From: Phoronis australis
Lineage: Eukaryota > Animalia > Phoronida
Reading direction: 5' to 3'
Assembly (NCBI GenBank): GCA_002633005.1
Contig: NMRA01000505.1
Location: 205,593-269,592 of the forward strand
Length of the DNA stretch: 64,000 nucleotides
The position numbers and the translations under genes were made by a program. This document shows, in pieces, positions 1 through 11,758 of this stretch. The first letter of the stretch is position 1. Each line of letters starts with the position of its first letter. The notes below the pieces were generated by a model. The model ran no database searches and was not told the origin of the DNA. It saw only the letters and a list, made by a program, of their open reading frames with translations.

Positions 1-429
1 ACAATGACCTGCATTTGCCAGAGATGCACCTACATATCCATATTAAAACAACTTGAAGGTACACATTCCCGGGGAATTCGAATGATGCGCCTAAAGTTAA
101 TGTTATTACATTCCCTTTAATTGTTGTGGTCTTTAGAGTGATTTTTTAAATTGTCACAACAAGAGTTTGCTGAGTAAACCATCTGCTTTCCATAAAATCT
201 TAGGCATTACTTAGTGTGCAAAAATACGACTTCTCGAATATAGAAGTAAAGGAGTCCTTAAAGGAGAATGCCACCCGATTTAATTAGTCTTTTTTGCCGT
301 CTTAATCGGTCTATATCCACATCGCCTCACATACGGTCGACCTTGCCAAGAGGTGTCGCGTTAACCTGTGAGGAAGGTGAGAAACTACGCTGGCGACGTC
401 AGTGGTTCATATGCAGAGTGAATGCCGCT

Positions 430-615
430 ATGTTGCAGTGCATGGTTCCCGCTTGTCCGAACTAAGCAGCTGCGAGCAAAGCGGGCATATCGTTTTTTTT
501 TACTTCCTCGAGAGTCTGAAACGCTTAGGAAGTGGCTCATGGTAGTGAAGAATAAAATGTACGCTGTAAATAGCAAGTATGAGACCGTGAAATATCTCCG
601 TGTCTGTGGCCTGCA
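430..615 (+). pseudogene. Decayed THAP zinc-finger coding relic
   Basis: Joining two frames across a stop (463-465) and a poly-T frameshift (493-501) gives MLQCMVPACPN*AAASKAGISFF/LLPRESETLRKWLMVVK...LRVCGL. This follows the THAP pattern CxVxxC..FF.P...W...VC; the terminal HF is missing. Confidence 0.7.
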
Positions 616-1513
616 GACGTCAACAGTGCCTGACGCGGAATCAGGTGCCGGCTTACTGAATAACCATACGTACCGTTGTCTGAGTTTGTTCACAGCACCT
701 CTCTAGTATTTTTTCATCACTGTATTCCTGTTCGAATTGATAGCCTGTAAAACTTAACGTCTGCGAAGTCGGGACTGATGAGCTCTAGCTCGTCCTAAGT
801 CGGGATTGGGAGTAATTGTCATGTTGGCGTTTAGTTCTGAGCGTTCTGTTTCAAAATGAATTATTCTCACCCTAACCAACTGAAACTAAAAGTCTGTCTC
901 ATTAGATGCAATTTGTAATACCTTTGGAGTGTTCTTGAGTGCAAATGATTTGAGAAGCCAGCAATGAATAAATCACTGCGTTACCGGCTTTAGGTGTTAT
1001 AAAACTAATTGACGGGACACCGAGGCCGTGTGAGCTCATGCTAATTTAGTGTTTGCTGGCAGAAACTGTTGCGAAGCAAATCGATTTCCATCCCACGGTC
1101 AGGTGTTATGGGAATCTTTATTTACATTTACAATAATCAAATAATGATTGTCAATGTACAACTTCTGCCCTGACGGTGCTGTGGCCAAAGCGGAACCCGA
1201 GTGAATTCGCGGCACCCGACGAGTAAGTAGATTTGCAGTATCGTGGCTAATTCACCAACATAATCATGTGCACATTACTTTGGCTCACTAATATAGTATT
1301 TTCTTGACTGGAAGTTTAGTTTCCACTGAACTTTGGCTGGTTTATGTTCGTGATGTCTGATCAGTTTCTGAGCCACTGGTCGGGATCGACAACTGACGAG
1401 TCAATCCCGGCCGGCCGCGACGGGCCTGATCGGGCTCCGAGCCACTGGCCAGGATAACAAGCGTTTTGTGTTGAGAACTCAAAAAATCACAAGTCTAAAC
1501 AACACAGATCTAG

Positions 1514-2007
1514 CAGGGCTTGGAATTTTCCGCGGAAACGCGGATTTCCGCTTTTTTCAAATGTGCTTTCCGCTTTTTTTATAATATTTCCGCGTAAAAA
1601 AATCAGATTTGATATAAAATTTCCGCGGCAAATGCCTTTCTTACCGCGGCGTTGTAGACGACGTTCACCTCGAAGAGCGGAAGTTGCTCTTTATGTTTCG
1701 GAGGAACGTAAATTGTCAACATTGCCGGGGCATCTGGGACAGCGTGGTGGGATTTTCAATGGCGTCTCGTGTTATTGTGAGGCGCGGCGACAAATACTAC
1801 GGCTCTGCAGCCAAGAATGTGTTGGTTGGGAGTGGACGGGCGAGCTAAAAGGACGCAGACGCATGCTACTGATGGTGGTAACATTGTTTTTTGTTTTTTT
1901 TTAGTCCCGATTTTTGTTGCGGAAAGGTTCACATTGACCATTTCAAGGCTGGTTATTTGGGCCGTAAAAGTTTCCGCGTTTTTTGTCATTGGTCATTCCA
2001 AGCCCTG
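1514..2007. mobile_element. hAT-type MITE nested in the Kolobok-like element
   Basis: 13-bp TIR CAGGGCTTGGAAT...ATTCCAAGCCCTG, with ATCTAG duplicated on both flanks (6-bp target duplication) and TTCCGC subterminal repeats. Confidence 0.75.
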
Positions 2008-2712
2008 ATCTAGGTTCTTCTGTCTGTTTCTCACGCAAAATACTTCGAAATTATCTTTGAACAGACCCCAAACTCCTGCTACCGACCTTATTGGCCTGCC
2101 GAACTTTGTAGGCTACGGTGTGTCCAAATACCAATAAATCCGTAAGAGCGAAATAAAACAACACGTTTTTATAAGAACTCTGTGTATTTTAAAGGGTTTT
2201 ACATTGAAGTTTGATGATTTATTGGTGTTAAATGATGACTTCAAGCGATAAGCCGACACCAGTAACCCGTGTTGTGAACTGCTGAACAGACTTCGTGTAA
2301 AACCGATGACGTCATTGGATAATTTCAACACCTCCGTCTGCCGTCAGGTGTCAGGTAACGCCACCGTATGTGTCGTTATGGAGTAGAACTACTCTATCTA
2401 AATTGATACAAATTTGGTTGTTTTTTGGGTGGCATGTTCCTTTAACTTCAATACTTGGGTATTTTGTTTGTGAGACCCCTGATAGTAGAATAAATAAAAT
2501 AGTAACACCAAGCATCACTATACCAAGAAACAAAGCTAGCGGTACAGATGTGCCAGACACTCTGCACACTTTAAAATAGTTCCATTGAAGAACACCACTG
2601 TCTTTGACCTGGCATACAGATGTTCTCATGCTGTTTCTTTGTTAACAGTTGTGTAAACAACCTACCCCTGTAGAGTTCAGAACCTGAGCGAAATGAAACC
2701 TTTCCTTTTCAG

Positions 2713-3558
2713 AGGCATTTTAAGCGGGATGAGTTCCTCGGCCGTATCAACGAGATTGTCTACTTTCTCCCATTTTCCCGGAATGAACTTATGAAGTTAG
2801 TCACGAAAGAACTAGAATTCTGGGCTGCCACTGTAAGTTTCTCTAAAAATTAAACTTGTAACTTTGCATCAAGAACTCAAGGTATTTACAAATCACTACA
2901 GATGACTTTCACAAGATGCAGACTAGAGTAGAATTTTTTACCTGATGTGGTACACAAAATGCAGAGTAACGGTGTTAATTACTACAGTATCCATTTTCCC
3001 ATCAGTTGTTGTGTTTTGTTGACAAAGGATCATGGTTTGTGTTGTTTCAGGCTAAGAAGAAACACAACATTGAATTAAGTTGGGATACATGTGTACTGGA
3101 TGTGTTGGCTGATGGCTATGATGTCCACTATGGAGCTAGATCTATCAAGCATGAGGTGTGTTGTGGTGTCACAATCCTTCAGTTATGCTATTAATCTGGT
3201 TACCTGTATGCTCTATCAGTGATTCCTGACTTTTCTTCTACGTAAACAGAGTTGTTGAGTGTGCAGCAGTCACTGAAAGACATTATGTTCTTCATTTGGT
3301 CTTAAACTACTGGCATACTTTCTTTTATAGGTTGAGAGGCGAGTGGTCAGTCAGTTAGCAGCAGCTCATGAGAGGCAGCTGATATCTAAGAACTGTGCCC
3401 TACACCTGGCCCTAGATACCCAGACTATACAGAAGGCAGGTGAAACGAAGTATGTCTCTGCCATTAAGCTGCAGCGGGTGACAAAGGATAAGAAGAATGT
3501 GGATAATTTCACTGATATCCCATTGTTACAAACAAGTTGTAAGCTAGAAGACTTCTGA
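2713..3558 (+). CDS. CLPB: Caseinolytic peptidase B protein homolog (CLPB/SKD3 AAA+ disaggregase), last three coding exons: 2713-2832, 3051-3155, 3331-3558
   Basis: The spliced translation [40 protein letters not shown]|[35 protein letters not shown]|[16 protein letters not shown]...KLEDF* matches the metazoan CLPB C-terminus as I recall it ([20 protein letters not shown]...[20 protein letters not shown]). All junctions are canonical AG/GT and phase 0. Upstream exons lie outside the window. Confidence 0.95.
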
Positions 3559-3725
3559 TAATACAGCTGTGAGGGAGGAAAAGTTGACAGATATTCCACT
3601 GACATAGGCAAGTTATAAGAAAGGAGGCTTCTGACGGTCTAAGTACCAGCGATTTCAAATACACGGATATCCCGCTAATACGGACAAGTCAGACGAAAGG
3701 AGACCTCTGGTGATGCGGCTGTGAA
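3511..3725 (+). repeat. Degenerate 76-bp tandem triplication spanning the CLPB stop codon
   Basis: Units start ACTGATATCCC (3511), ACAGATATTCC (3587) and ACGGATATCCC (3663), spaced 76 and 76 bp apart. Confidence 0.8.
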
Positions 3726-4888
3726 CAAAAAGAATTTACTTTTGAAGAACACGGCTCATCAATCACGAAGTTTTTGAGACAATGCATCTGCTTGTGTTCT
3801 ATTCACAAACATGAGTTAATGGGACAATGTGACTTGTTCTGGACCATTTATTGTTTGCATTAGTCTCTTTTTGGGCTATGTGCCTGGTGCAAGCTTTGGG
3901 CAATTTGAACGTTTTAAGCCTTGAAAGCAGTTCTGGAAGTGACACGATTTGATATTTGTGGGAAGATGAAAGTAACCCTGTGTTCCTTGTGGCCACAGAA
4001 ATTTGAGCATGAACTGCTTCTCTTTGACGTGCAATGTCTGCCAACAAGCTGAAGTGGCCATATACCCACCTTCATCACACATACTATAATTTGATTTAAA
4101 ACTGTCCACTGACTGCTGGCAAATAGGTCTCAATTGGTTGTGTAGTCAAATTTGAGGTAACTTTAGGGCTTTGAAAAGAACAGTTCATTTATTCTTGACA
4201 CGGAACTCTACATGTTGACTTGTCATTGTGCATTATTGTGTGCGTGCATGGTCTTAAATAGTAATGAACTGTCAACCCAGAAATCACCTGCTTTGCTTCA
4301 TGGAATGTTGGTTGATTTTTGCTTTAAGAGAAGCATTTTTGATCTGGAAATGTGAGAAATTGTAATTTATTCATGATAATCTGCCCAGCTTATTTTGACA
4401 TTAAATATGTTTTATTTAACAATGTCATTTTACTGATTCAGTAATTCACAGTAGTACCAGTGTCTAGCACCAGTGACTAGCACCAGCGACACAAACAACC
4501 AACTTGGTATGGTCTTGCTTGTCTACACATCTCATTGTAATGTTCCCGGGAGCTCTGAACACGCGTCATTAGTACCCCTAGATTTGATTCAATGCAGTGG
4601 TTCATGATCTGAAACAAAATATATTAGACAGTTATCACATATTGAACACTTGATGTGATTAATTATTTTTAGATTAAAAAAGTATATGTATAACATTTCT
4701 TTGATCCAGTGGGTCAATTTACATTAATGTCTTTGGGATCTAGGATTTCACAAGGACGTGCTTGCAAGGTTATTTTCCCACACAGTGATGTAATGCATAG
4801 CTTTCTGTAGAAGGAGGGTACCTGGATCAGCTTGTCGTTTTGGTTACCATGACTTCCCTACCAAAGCAGTTGTGTTTAAAGCCCGTTT

Positions 4889-5055
4889 CAGGGCGGATCC
4901 AGGATTTTGAGTTAGGGGATCCAGGGCAGAGTATTAGCTACTATTTTGCCCGTCTGACATTCGCAGCCCCAAACTGCCTGAAATGGAATCTGGGAGAATT
5001 TTCGGGGGGCCATGTCCCCCTTGGCCCCCCCCCCAAAAAAAAATATCCGCCTCTG
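4889..5055 (+). mobile_element. Short MITE, CAGGGCGGATCC family (copy 1)
   Basis: Ends CAGGGCGGATCCAGG...ATCCGCCTCTG. Interior shared with the copies at 9809 and 22078. Flanks CGTTT/GGTTT. Confidence 0.75.
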
Positions 5056-5156
5056 GGTTTACATGCCCAGCTGCTACACTTCTGATAATTGCGATAGAAA
5101 AATTCGATCTAACTGTTGTCGTTTCGCTATTTTTACCTTGAGTGATTTATTTGGAT

Positions 5157-5837
5157 TTACATATGTGCAGCAAACCCGCGGCCACATCCACCATTCGATG
5201 TGCAGTCAGCACCGCAAGAAAAGGCTTGTGAAGCTGAAATATAATGTATAGACCAACTGTTCACTTTCGGTGGCTACATCTTTATCTCTATAATCGTTTT
5301 ACAGTAAAACTATAGGTGTGAGGAACTGGCCTGTCCTCTTCAAAAGTTGGTAATCTTTAGAAGTATGAATGGCAGATTCTGATCAAGTCTGCGAGATCCT
5401 TGAAATTGAGCCAGTGTTTGATGATTGAACAGTGATTCCTGTTCCATAAAAAATAATTCGCATTTGTAGTTCTCAAACTTCGAGATGTTTTGGTTTGAAG
5501 TTTGAATCTGACTGGTTCTACTTACTTGCACATTTGCACGGCGGTGGGCAACTGCAGCCACATTCGTCTTCTTTACCATCTGCAAAAAAGAAAAAAGTAA
5601 AGATTACTTTGGTCAAAAAACGACTTCTATATTGACTCTGGATATCCTGTTTTTTCATTTTTTTGAAAATAATGGCACCCGAAAGGAATTTGTTTCGCCA
5701 TAGATTTCACTTACTTGAGTGGTGCGTGTGCTACGTACCTGATGCTCGTTGACAGGCTGGTCCACACTCACATTGTGTAGTAGTAGTGGTATTCTTAGTG
5801 CTGCAGCAGCTCCTAACTACGTTAGCCCGTGTATCCA
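5157..5837 (-). CDS. Small cysteine-rich, metallothionein-like protein; exons 5837-5739, 5579-5526, 5233-5157 (5' exon not located)
   Basis: Three exons have polypyrimidine-AG acceptors, the first two have GTACGT and GTAAGT donors, and all junctions are phase 1. They splice into one frame: xDTRANVVRSCCSTKNTTTTTQCECGPACQRASDGKEDECGCSCPPPCKCATSQAFSCGADCTSNGGCGRGFAAHM* (13 Cys; CC, CxC and CxCxC motifs). AATAAA follows the stop (5151-5146). Confidence 0.65.
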
Positions 5838-7019
5838 CTAAAACAGTAAATAAGAACATGCATCATATATGGTATGGGAAGCAGACTATGACTAAATAGA
5901 TAGATACCGGGAGATGGGTCTCGATGAAGCGCATTAGAAGGCGCCCCCTTGCCGCAAAAAAGTTCATCAAGCTTTTCCGCTAGAGGCGCCCTTTTTATAG
6001 AAAGGAAAACGCCAAAAATGCAAAATTTTGGATGTGATAAGGTGTATAAGATTTTTTGTGTTTCGTCTCTGCCACTTTTTACAAATTTGTTGAAATGTTA
6101 GTAATGATACAATGAATGCGATTGAGGAGGTTATAAACTGTTGGCGGAACTTTTGAGTTCCTTAGTGATTATTTTCTAGCATGTGTGCATTGAATATATT
6201 CTGAAAAGAATGGAGTACTTTTTTAAACTCTTGAGATTAATGTGCACAACAGGCAAATAACAACGTTTGTGAGACGTTTTTGATACGAAATAATGTCTTT
6301 TTTCGTTACCTTGGTAACTACAGTCTCAAAACTGGAATTAGTAATCTTTTAGGCATATTCTTCGTCTGTTAATGTTATTAAATATAATGTTAACCAGTTT
6401 TCCAGTTTACAGAAGTGCTTTATGTAGCGATTGGAAGGATGGTTAATGCATGTTACACAAGAAGTTGGCGCAAAACTGTGTGATATTTATTTTGAAGTTA
6501 AAACCTTGCGTTCAGTTTTTACTTTTTCATTTCAACAATTTATCACACAATCTTTATCAGTTATGAAAAAATTCCAACATTAAACTCATTCATCTGTGTT
6601 GTATCATGCTAGCGATAAAAGCACATGGACGAGTTATTCCTTATTTCTCGTGTCCTCAAGAACCGCTTCGAATTAACTATCTAACTCGTTACATTTTTTG
6701 TTAACAATGTATTCTGTCGGACAATGAATTTCTATGTGTGTCTCATATCCGATTCAGCAAACTCGCAATCTGTACGTTAAGTTGGGTTTGATCCGATGGC
6801 CTTGTCATGGCTAGCAATACCGAGCTGACGTTTGCAGTTGACTCTGAAGCTACAAACTTAGTTTGGCTTGGCCCCGCGTTGCCGACATCCTTACAGCCGT
6901 TGGGTCAGCCGCTGTTGGAAAAAGCCGACAGTTTGACGATAATGAATTCTTTCTTACTGGTTAAAACATACATAGGCATACATCTTTATTTAAACTCGTG
7001 CATTCATATATACAAACAT

Positions 7020-7373
7020 TAGCCAGAGGCTAGCCGGATGAAGCAGAGTATTATTAAATTGATAACAAAATAACAAAGAGTATTTCCATGTGCACAGGGA
7101 GTATTTACAAAAACATACATGAGGCAGTGTAATCTAGATTGCTAGGTATTGAAAGTATAGTGAGGTAAAAAAGAACTGTTTAGGTCTTATAGGTATAGGT
7201 ATAATATGAAAGGATACACACATACGCACATATACACACGCATACGCACATACATACACACATACAGATTTACCATTAAACCAGCTAATACATGAAAATA
7301 CAATATAGTTGTAAGATGTATAAAAAAGATATTTACAATATGAAGCTGAAGCTTAGCTAATTATATATGTATG

Positions 7374-7421
<48 letters not shown>

Positions 7422-8465
7422 TATATACACACATACATAGGGGCCTACACACGCACATACATACATGCATACATACGCACAGAAATGTATAAACACACGC
7501 ATATATGTACACTACACACGTGTGTTCACACACACACACACACGCTCACATATATAAAACGGCTTAAACTGAAGAAAGTAACACATAAATAGACAGGTCT
7601 GTGAGTTTCAGGATTCCATGTTTAAAAGTTTGAATTGTTTTTGCGTTTTTATGTGGTAGTCTATTGAGTTCCAGAGTTTAGGAGCTAGAACTCTAAATCT
7701 GCATGCCATATTTTGTTGTGTTGACGTTGGGAATGTAAAGATTCATCAATCCACTGAGACTTTAAGAATTGTCACGTGTTTAGAAGGTCACTGATGTATG
7801 ATGGGGTTTGATGATGAAGAGCTTTGTAAGTATCAGTTTGTTGCAGGCGTCTATTGTAAAGGTAAGTTTGATTTGTTTGTATTAGTAAGTCTTAAAAGTC
7901 GATTTTGCCAGGAAATTTCTAAATGGATCTGAGTGCAGATTTGAAAGATTTTTCAAATTTGTCGGATTTTTTTTTAACAGAAATGCCAGATAATGTCACA
8001 CTGGTTGTAGTAGCTATTGAGGAAAGAGCATGACGTGTGAGTTATGAGAGAGGAGACTTTTCAGTCTTCTCATAATGGCGACTTGTTTTGCAGTTTTTTT
8101 AGAGATATCTGTGTGTGTGTCAAAGAGTAACTTATTGCCTGTTTTGATGCCATAAAGGTCAACAGAGTTACTGAGTGGGATGGAGATGGAGTTCATAGAG
8201 AAGGTCGGGTAAGAATCTGGTGTTTGTCTGGTCTGTGTAGGAGCATAGCCTGGGATTTGTCTGGGTTGATGACCATAAATTTTTTTCAAAAACCAATGCT
8301 GTTCTAGTATATTTAGGCCCGAGTTTATTGTGGATTGGAGAATCTGAATGTCGCGAGAGGCACAATAGAAATTGTTATCATCGGCATATAAGTGTATGAC
8401 GCAGATAATTGTAAAAATATTGAAAAAGAGAGGACCTAGCAGGGAACCTTGTGGAACGCCAATAC
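7020..8465 (-). mobile_element. 5'-truncated non-LTR retrotransposon (CR1/L2-group) reverse transcriptase fragment and 3' region
   Basis: ORF 8014-8550 contains GVPQGSLLGPLFFNIF and HLYADD; the frame is disrupted downstream. Boundaries are approximate. Confidence 0.85.
7215..7555. repeat. (TA)n and (CA/CATA)n microsatellite tract
   Basis: Direct simple repeats visible in the sequence. Confidence 0.9.
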
Positions 8466-9106
8466 GGTGACCGGCGCCCAGTCGGAAGAAGTGTTTTGTC
8501 AAATGGCAAAGTATTTTGAAGTTGAAACTTCTACGACTTTCATGGAACATGTAACGTGAACATTTCCATTTAACTTCTTTTGCGCTGTTTCGTTCGTATT
8601 CAGCCCGAGTTGATTACTCGTGACCATCAATTCTACCGAGTGGTGCTGTCTCCCTAGGGAGGACGATCAGGAGCATGTACCGTACTACAATAGTGAAACA
8701 GGTCGGTACTACGTTATGTTTGGTGAATAGCCTGGCGAGCGAACACGCTCCTATACTAACGTTGAATTATATGATGACCTTGTGAATGCCCGAGACCACC
8801 ATTTCGCCGTCATGCGATGATGCCACAAAGTCGGCCGGGGAAGGAGTCACCACGGACCACGGAAACCCTAAGAAACCTGTTGGTTACACGTTGTTCGTGT
8901 TCGGAAACTGCAGCACGGTACTGATAATTCTCACCTGTTTCTTTCGTGCTGTTCGACATGGTAGGAAATTATTTGATGACCACTTTCTATGCAATTCACT
9001 GGCACGGGTTAAACGCAATCCGCTATCGCTATTTTCTCTACTAGGTCAAAATGAGGTCATGTTATCTGGAAAACTTTCAACGTACTGGGTGCATGGGAAA
9101 TAAGAC

Positions 9107-9268
9107 GAGTACAGGGTGTCCCAGAATCAAGGACAGCTGACTGGTACGCATGCTCAAGAAAGTCACGGAATGGGGTGCGTTGAGTATTCAGTACAGGATG
9201 TCCCAGAATCAAGGACAGCTGGCTGGTACGCATGCTCAAGAAAGTGAGTGGGGTGCGATGAGTATTCC
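9107..9268. repeat. Two tandem copies of an ~80-bp unit
   Basis: TGTCCCAGAATCAAGGACAGCTG.CTGGTACGCATGCTCAAGAAAGT...TGGGGTGCG.TGAGTATTC occurs twice. Confidence 0.9.
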
Positions 9269-9732
9269 TCTAGCTGGGGCCATTTGTGACTTTGGAACGT
9301 GTACATGTCAAAGTGAACAGACCCTTGTGGGTGAACATATTCAAGATAAAGGATTTATTCAAACCTCAGAAATTCACAATTAAATCATCAAGAGTCCCAC
9401 ATGATAATGAACCCGATGCATTAAGTGTCATTGCTTTTGACTGAGATACGTACTCAAGCTCGTACATCCTGCGTCGGCGGCTGACCACTGAGTAGGGGCG
9501 GATTCGCAGTACGAAGTACCAACAATAGTCCGAACATGCAGGGCAATAGTTCGAAAAGCGACGGCCGGGTCTTGGACTCAGTTGATAGCCACCTGTACGT
9601 GGCCTCGGGTTCAAACGGCGGTCATCGGCTGATGGTGGTTCGTTAATAGGCCATCGGATGCTGTAATGAAAAACATGTGAATTTCATGGACAATACATCA
9701 CGGTGCTGATTCAGGAAAAAACAATAGCATAA

Positions 9733-10750
9733 GCAGTGCTGTAGTGGGGCGTAAGCGCACGTAGGCGCAGCCAACCACCTTTTAAGGCATTTAAACGTAG
9801 CGCCTACGCAGGGGTGGATCCAGGATTTTGAGTTAGGGGAGGGGGCAGGGCAGAGTATAAGAAAGGATTCTCCCGTCAGACATTCGCACACCCGAACTGC
9901 ATGCCAAGTGGAATTTGGGGCATGGCCCCTTAATTGGCACCCCTCTAAATCCGCCACTGTTACGTACCGTAAGTTACGTTCTATAGTGGGGCGTATGCGC
10001 AGCAAACCATCTTTTTACATCTTAACTTAGCGCCTACGCACTGTAGTTAGTGACGGAATAGTGGGGCGTAGTCTTATTACAATAGCTTACGCTATATCAA
10101 TGCACAGCTACATGTACGCTGACGACAGCATTGTTGTGAACTTGGAGTGGCGTTGACTTGACCTACAATGACGAGCAGTCATTTTGCTCTCTGTGCATCT
10201 TAGATCCCAAAACGTGGCCGATGGGATCCAGAATAAAACATGGCCAGCACGAAGTCAGGCGTATTTGCGATCTGTTTGGGCTGGTTGTCACAAGGACAAT
10301 CAGAGGAATGAGTGAGTTCGTAGAAATGGAGGAGACGGTTAGAGCAGAAAACCTACTCTGCGACAACTGGACCTCTGCATTAAGACTCTTCCTTGCAGTA
10401 CAGATGAATGTGAACGAGGATTTAGCAAAATTAATCGGATAGTAAGCCTAACAGACGAACGCTCTTGTTTGCTATAAAAATACCTCCAGCTCGTTCTGTT
10501 TGGCAAGGTCAATGGTCCCCCGCTTTCCCGATGTTCGACCCGCAATTTTATGAAGTGCCGAAACGCGGATGATTTGACAACACGGAACTGCTGATAGATA
10601 ATCATGTAACTTGAAAAAGAACAAGACTGACGACAAAAGTTTATGGAGGATTCTGTAAGTAAGCACTCTATCTTTGGACTGGTCACTATAGTACCTGGTG
10701 TTTTGCTAACTTTAAAATTAAATGAAAAAATAAGAACAACTTCTTGCAAG
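9733..10750 (+). mobile_element. hAT DNA transposon remnant with a transposase C-terminal dimerization domain fragment
   Basis: About 10382-10446 translates KTLPCSTDECERGFSKINRIVS, the CERxFS motif of the hAT dimerization domain. The left end CAGTGCTGTAGTGGGGCGTA has repeated TAGTGGGGCGTA and GCGCCTACGCA subterminal motifs. The right end was not resolved. Confidence 0.75.
9809..9959 (+). mobile_element. Short MITE, CAGGGCGGATCC family (copy 2), nested in the hAT remnant
   Basis: CAGGGGTGGATCCAGGATTTTGAGTTAGGGG...ATCCGCCACTG with flanks CTACG/TTACG. Confidence 0.75.
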
Positions 10751-11758
10751 AAAACCCTATTTTAAGTTTGTTCATAAAATATAAAAGCATGCACGTGTTC
10801 ACTTTGTCACCGTTTACATAATGTTTCAAGCACGTTGAAACGTCGATGCTTAATTGTGTAACATCGTGTTTGTGTAATAAGTCTTTGAAGCGTTCGGAGT
10901 AACATATGTTCGCCGAGTAATGAAATTTTAGATTAATATTTCATGATAAAGTAAAAATTGTGGTGTCATACCATAGGCGGATAAAGGGCCCCGAGGACAC
11001 ACTCCAACTGAAGGCGACTAAGAAACGCCGCCAACATATCGTTTCTGTGCGTTGCTCGCCTATTTTCTTCTTAAATTGTGTTTGCCCCACCTTTGGAGAC
11101 CGCTTGGAATGCACGCGGACCTTTGCCTTCCACTGCAGACTATCAAAGTGTTTTAACAAACTTAAACTTAGTGGAGCAGTACAAACACCTTAGGTATGCA
11201 AATAGCTATATTTTCACACTCGTGGTTTGAACAAGAATTAATAGATACAAGAATCTAGCGAAGAAGAATGTGTGGTCACGTGCTTCGCTAGTATCATAAC
11301 TAAGTCTTGCTCGTTTGTGCATTCATTCGCACGAACCTCTAGTGTCTACTCAACACACGTACAGCAGTCTTCATGCGTATACCGTACAATTTTTAACGAT
11401 TTGTATAATTGTCGCTTTTTACAGAAATCATTCTTCAATTGCTCCCGCGAGAGTTTACAAAGTACGATCGGATGATCTAATTTAACATTGGCGTGGAATG
11501 TTTTGAAATAAAATTTAACAGACTCTCCCCCCACCATCAAATGTTTCCCGACTACGCCAATGTTAAAGTGTCATTTTGGCGCTGTTGAGCTGTCATTGCT
11601 GAATTCTTAACTAAAACGCTTTGGGGTTCAAAACTTAGCCAGCACCATCGTCTGACTCAGGTTCAGCGTCAGTTTGCGTACGCTTTGGAAATATGGGCAA
11701 AGAAAAAATGTGGGAAAGAAAAGTGTTCTAACAGACGCACCCTAGTCGTGCGATGTTC

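Larger units (their letters stand above)
262..2441 (+). mobile_element. Kolobok-like DNA transposon (non-autonomous) in a CLPB intron
   Basis: TTAA on both flanks (258-261, 2442-2445). Imperfect TIRs: AGGAGAATGCCACCC on the left and reverse complement AGGAACATGCCACCC on the right. It contains a decayed THAP domain. TTAA target duplication, purine-purine termini and THAP are Kolobok hallmarks. Confidence 0.75.

Noticed and set aside
5340-5585. 81-aa ORF MQMVKKTNV
   Set aside because: It is the wrong frame of the 54-nt Cys-rich exon running on into intron sequence.
6957-6978. ATGCCTATGTATGTTTTAACCA|GTAAGA (- strand) as exon 1 of the Cys-rich gene
   Set aside because: It is phase-compatible but sits in the simple-repeat tail of the LINE just after an AATAAA, with no independent support.
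7357-7592. YIYIYI and CVCV ORFs (also 15513-15765 and 13888-14366)
   Set aside because: Translations of microsatellites.
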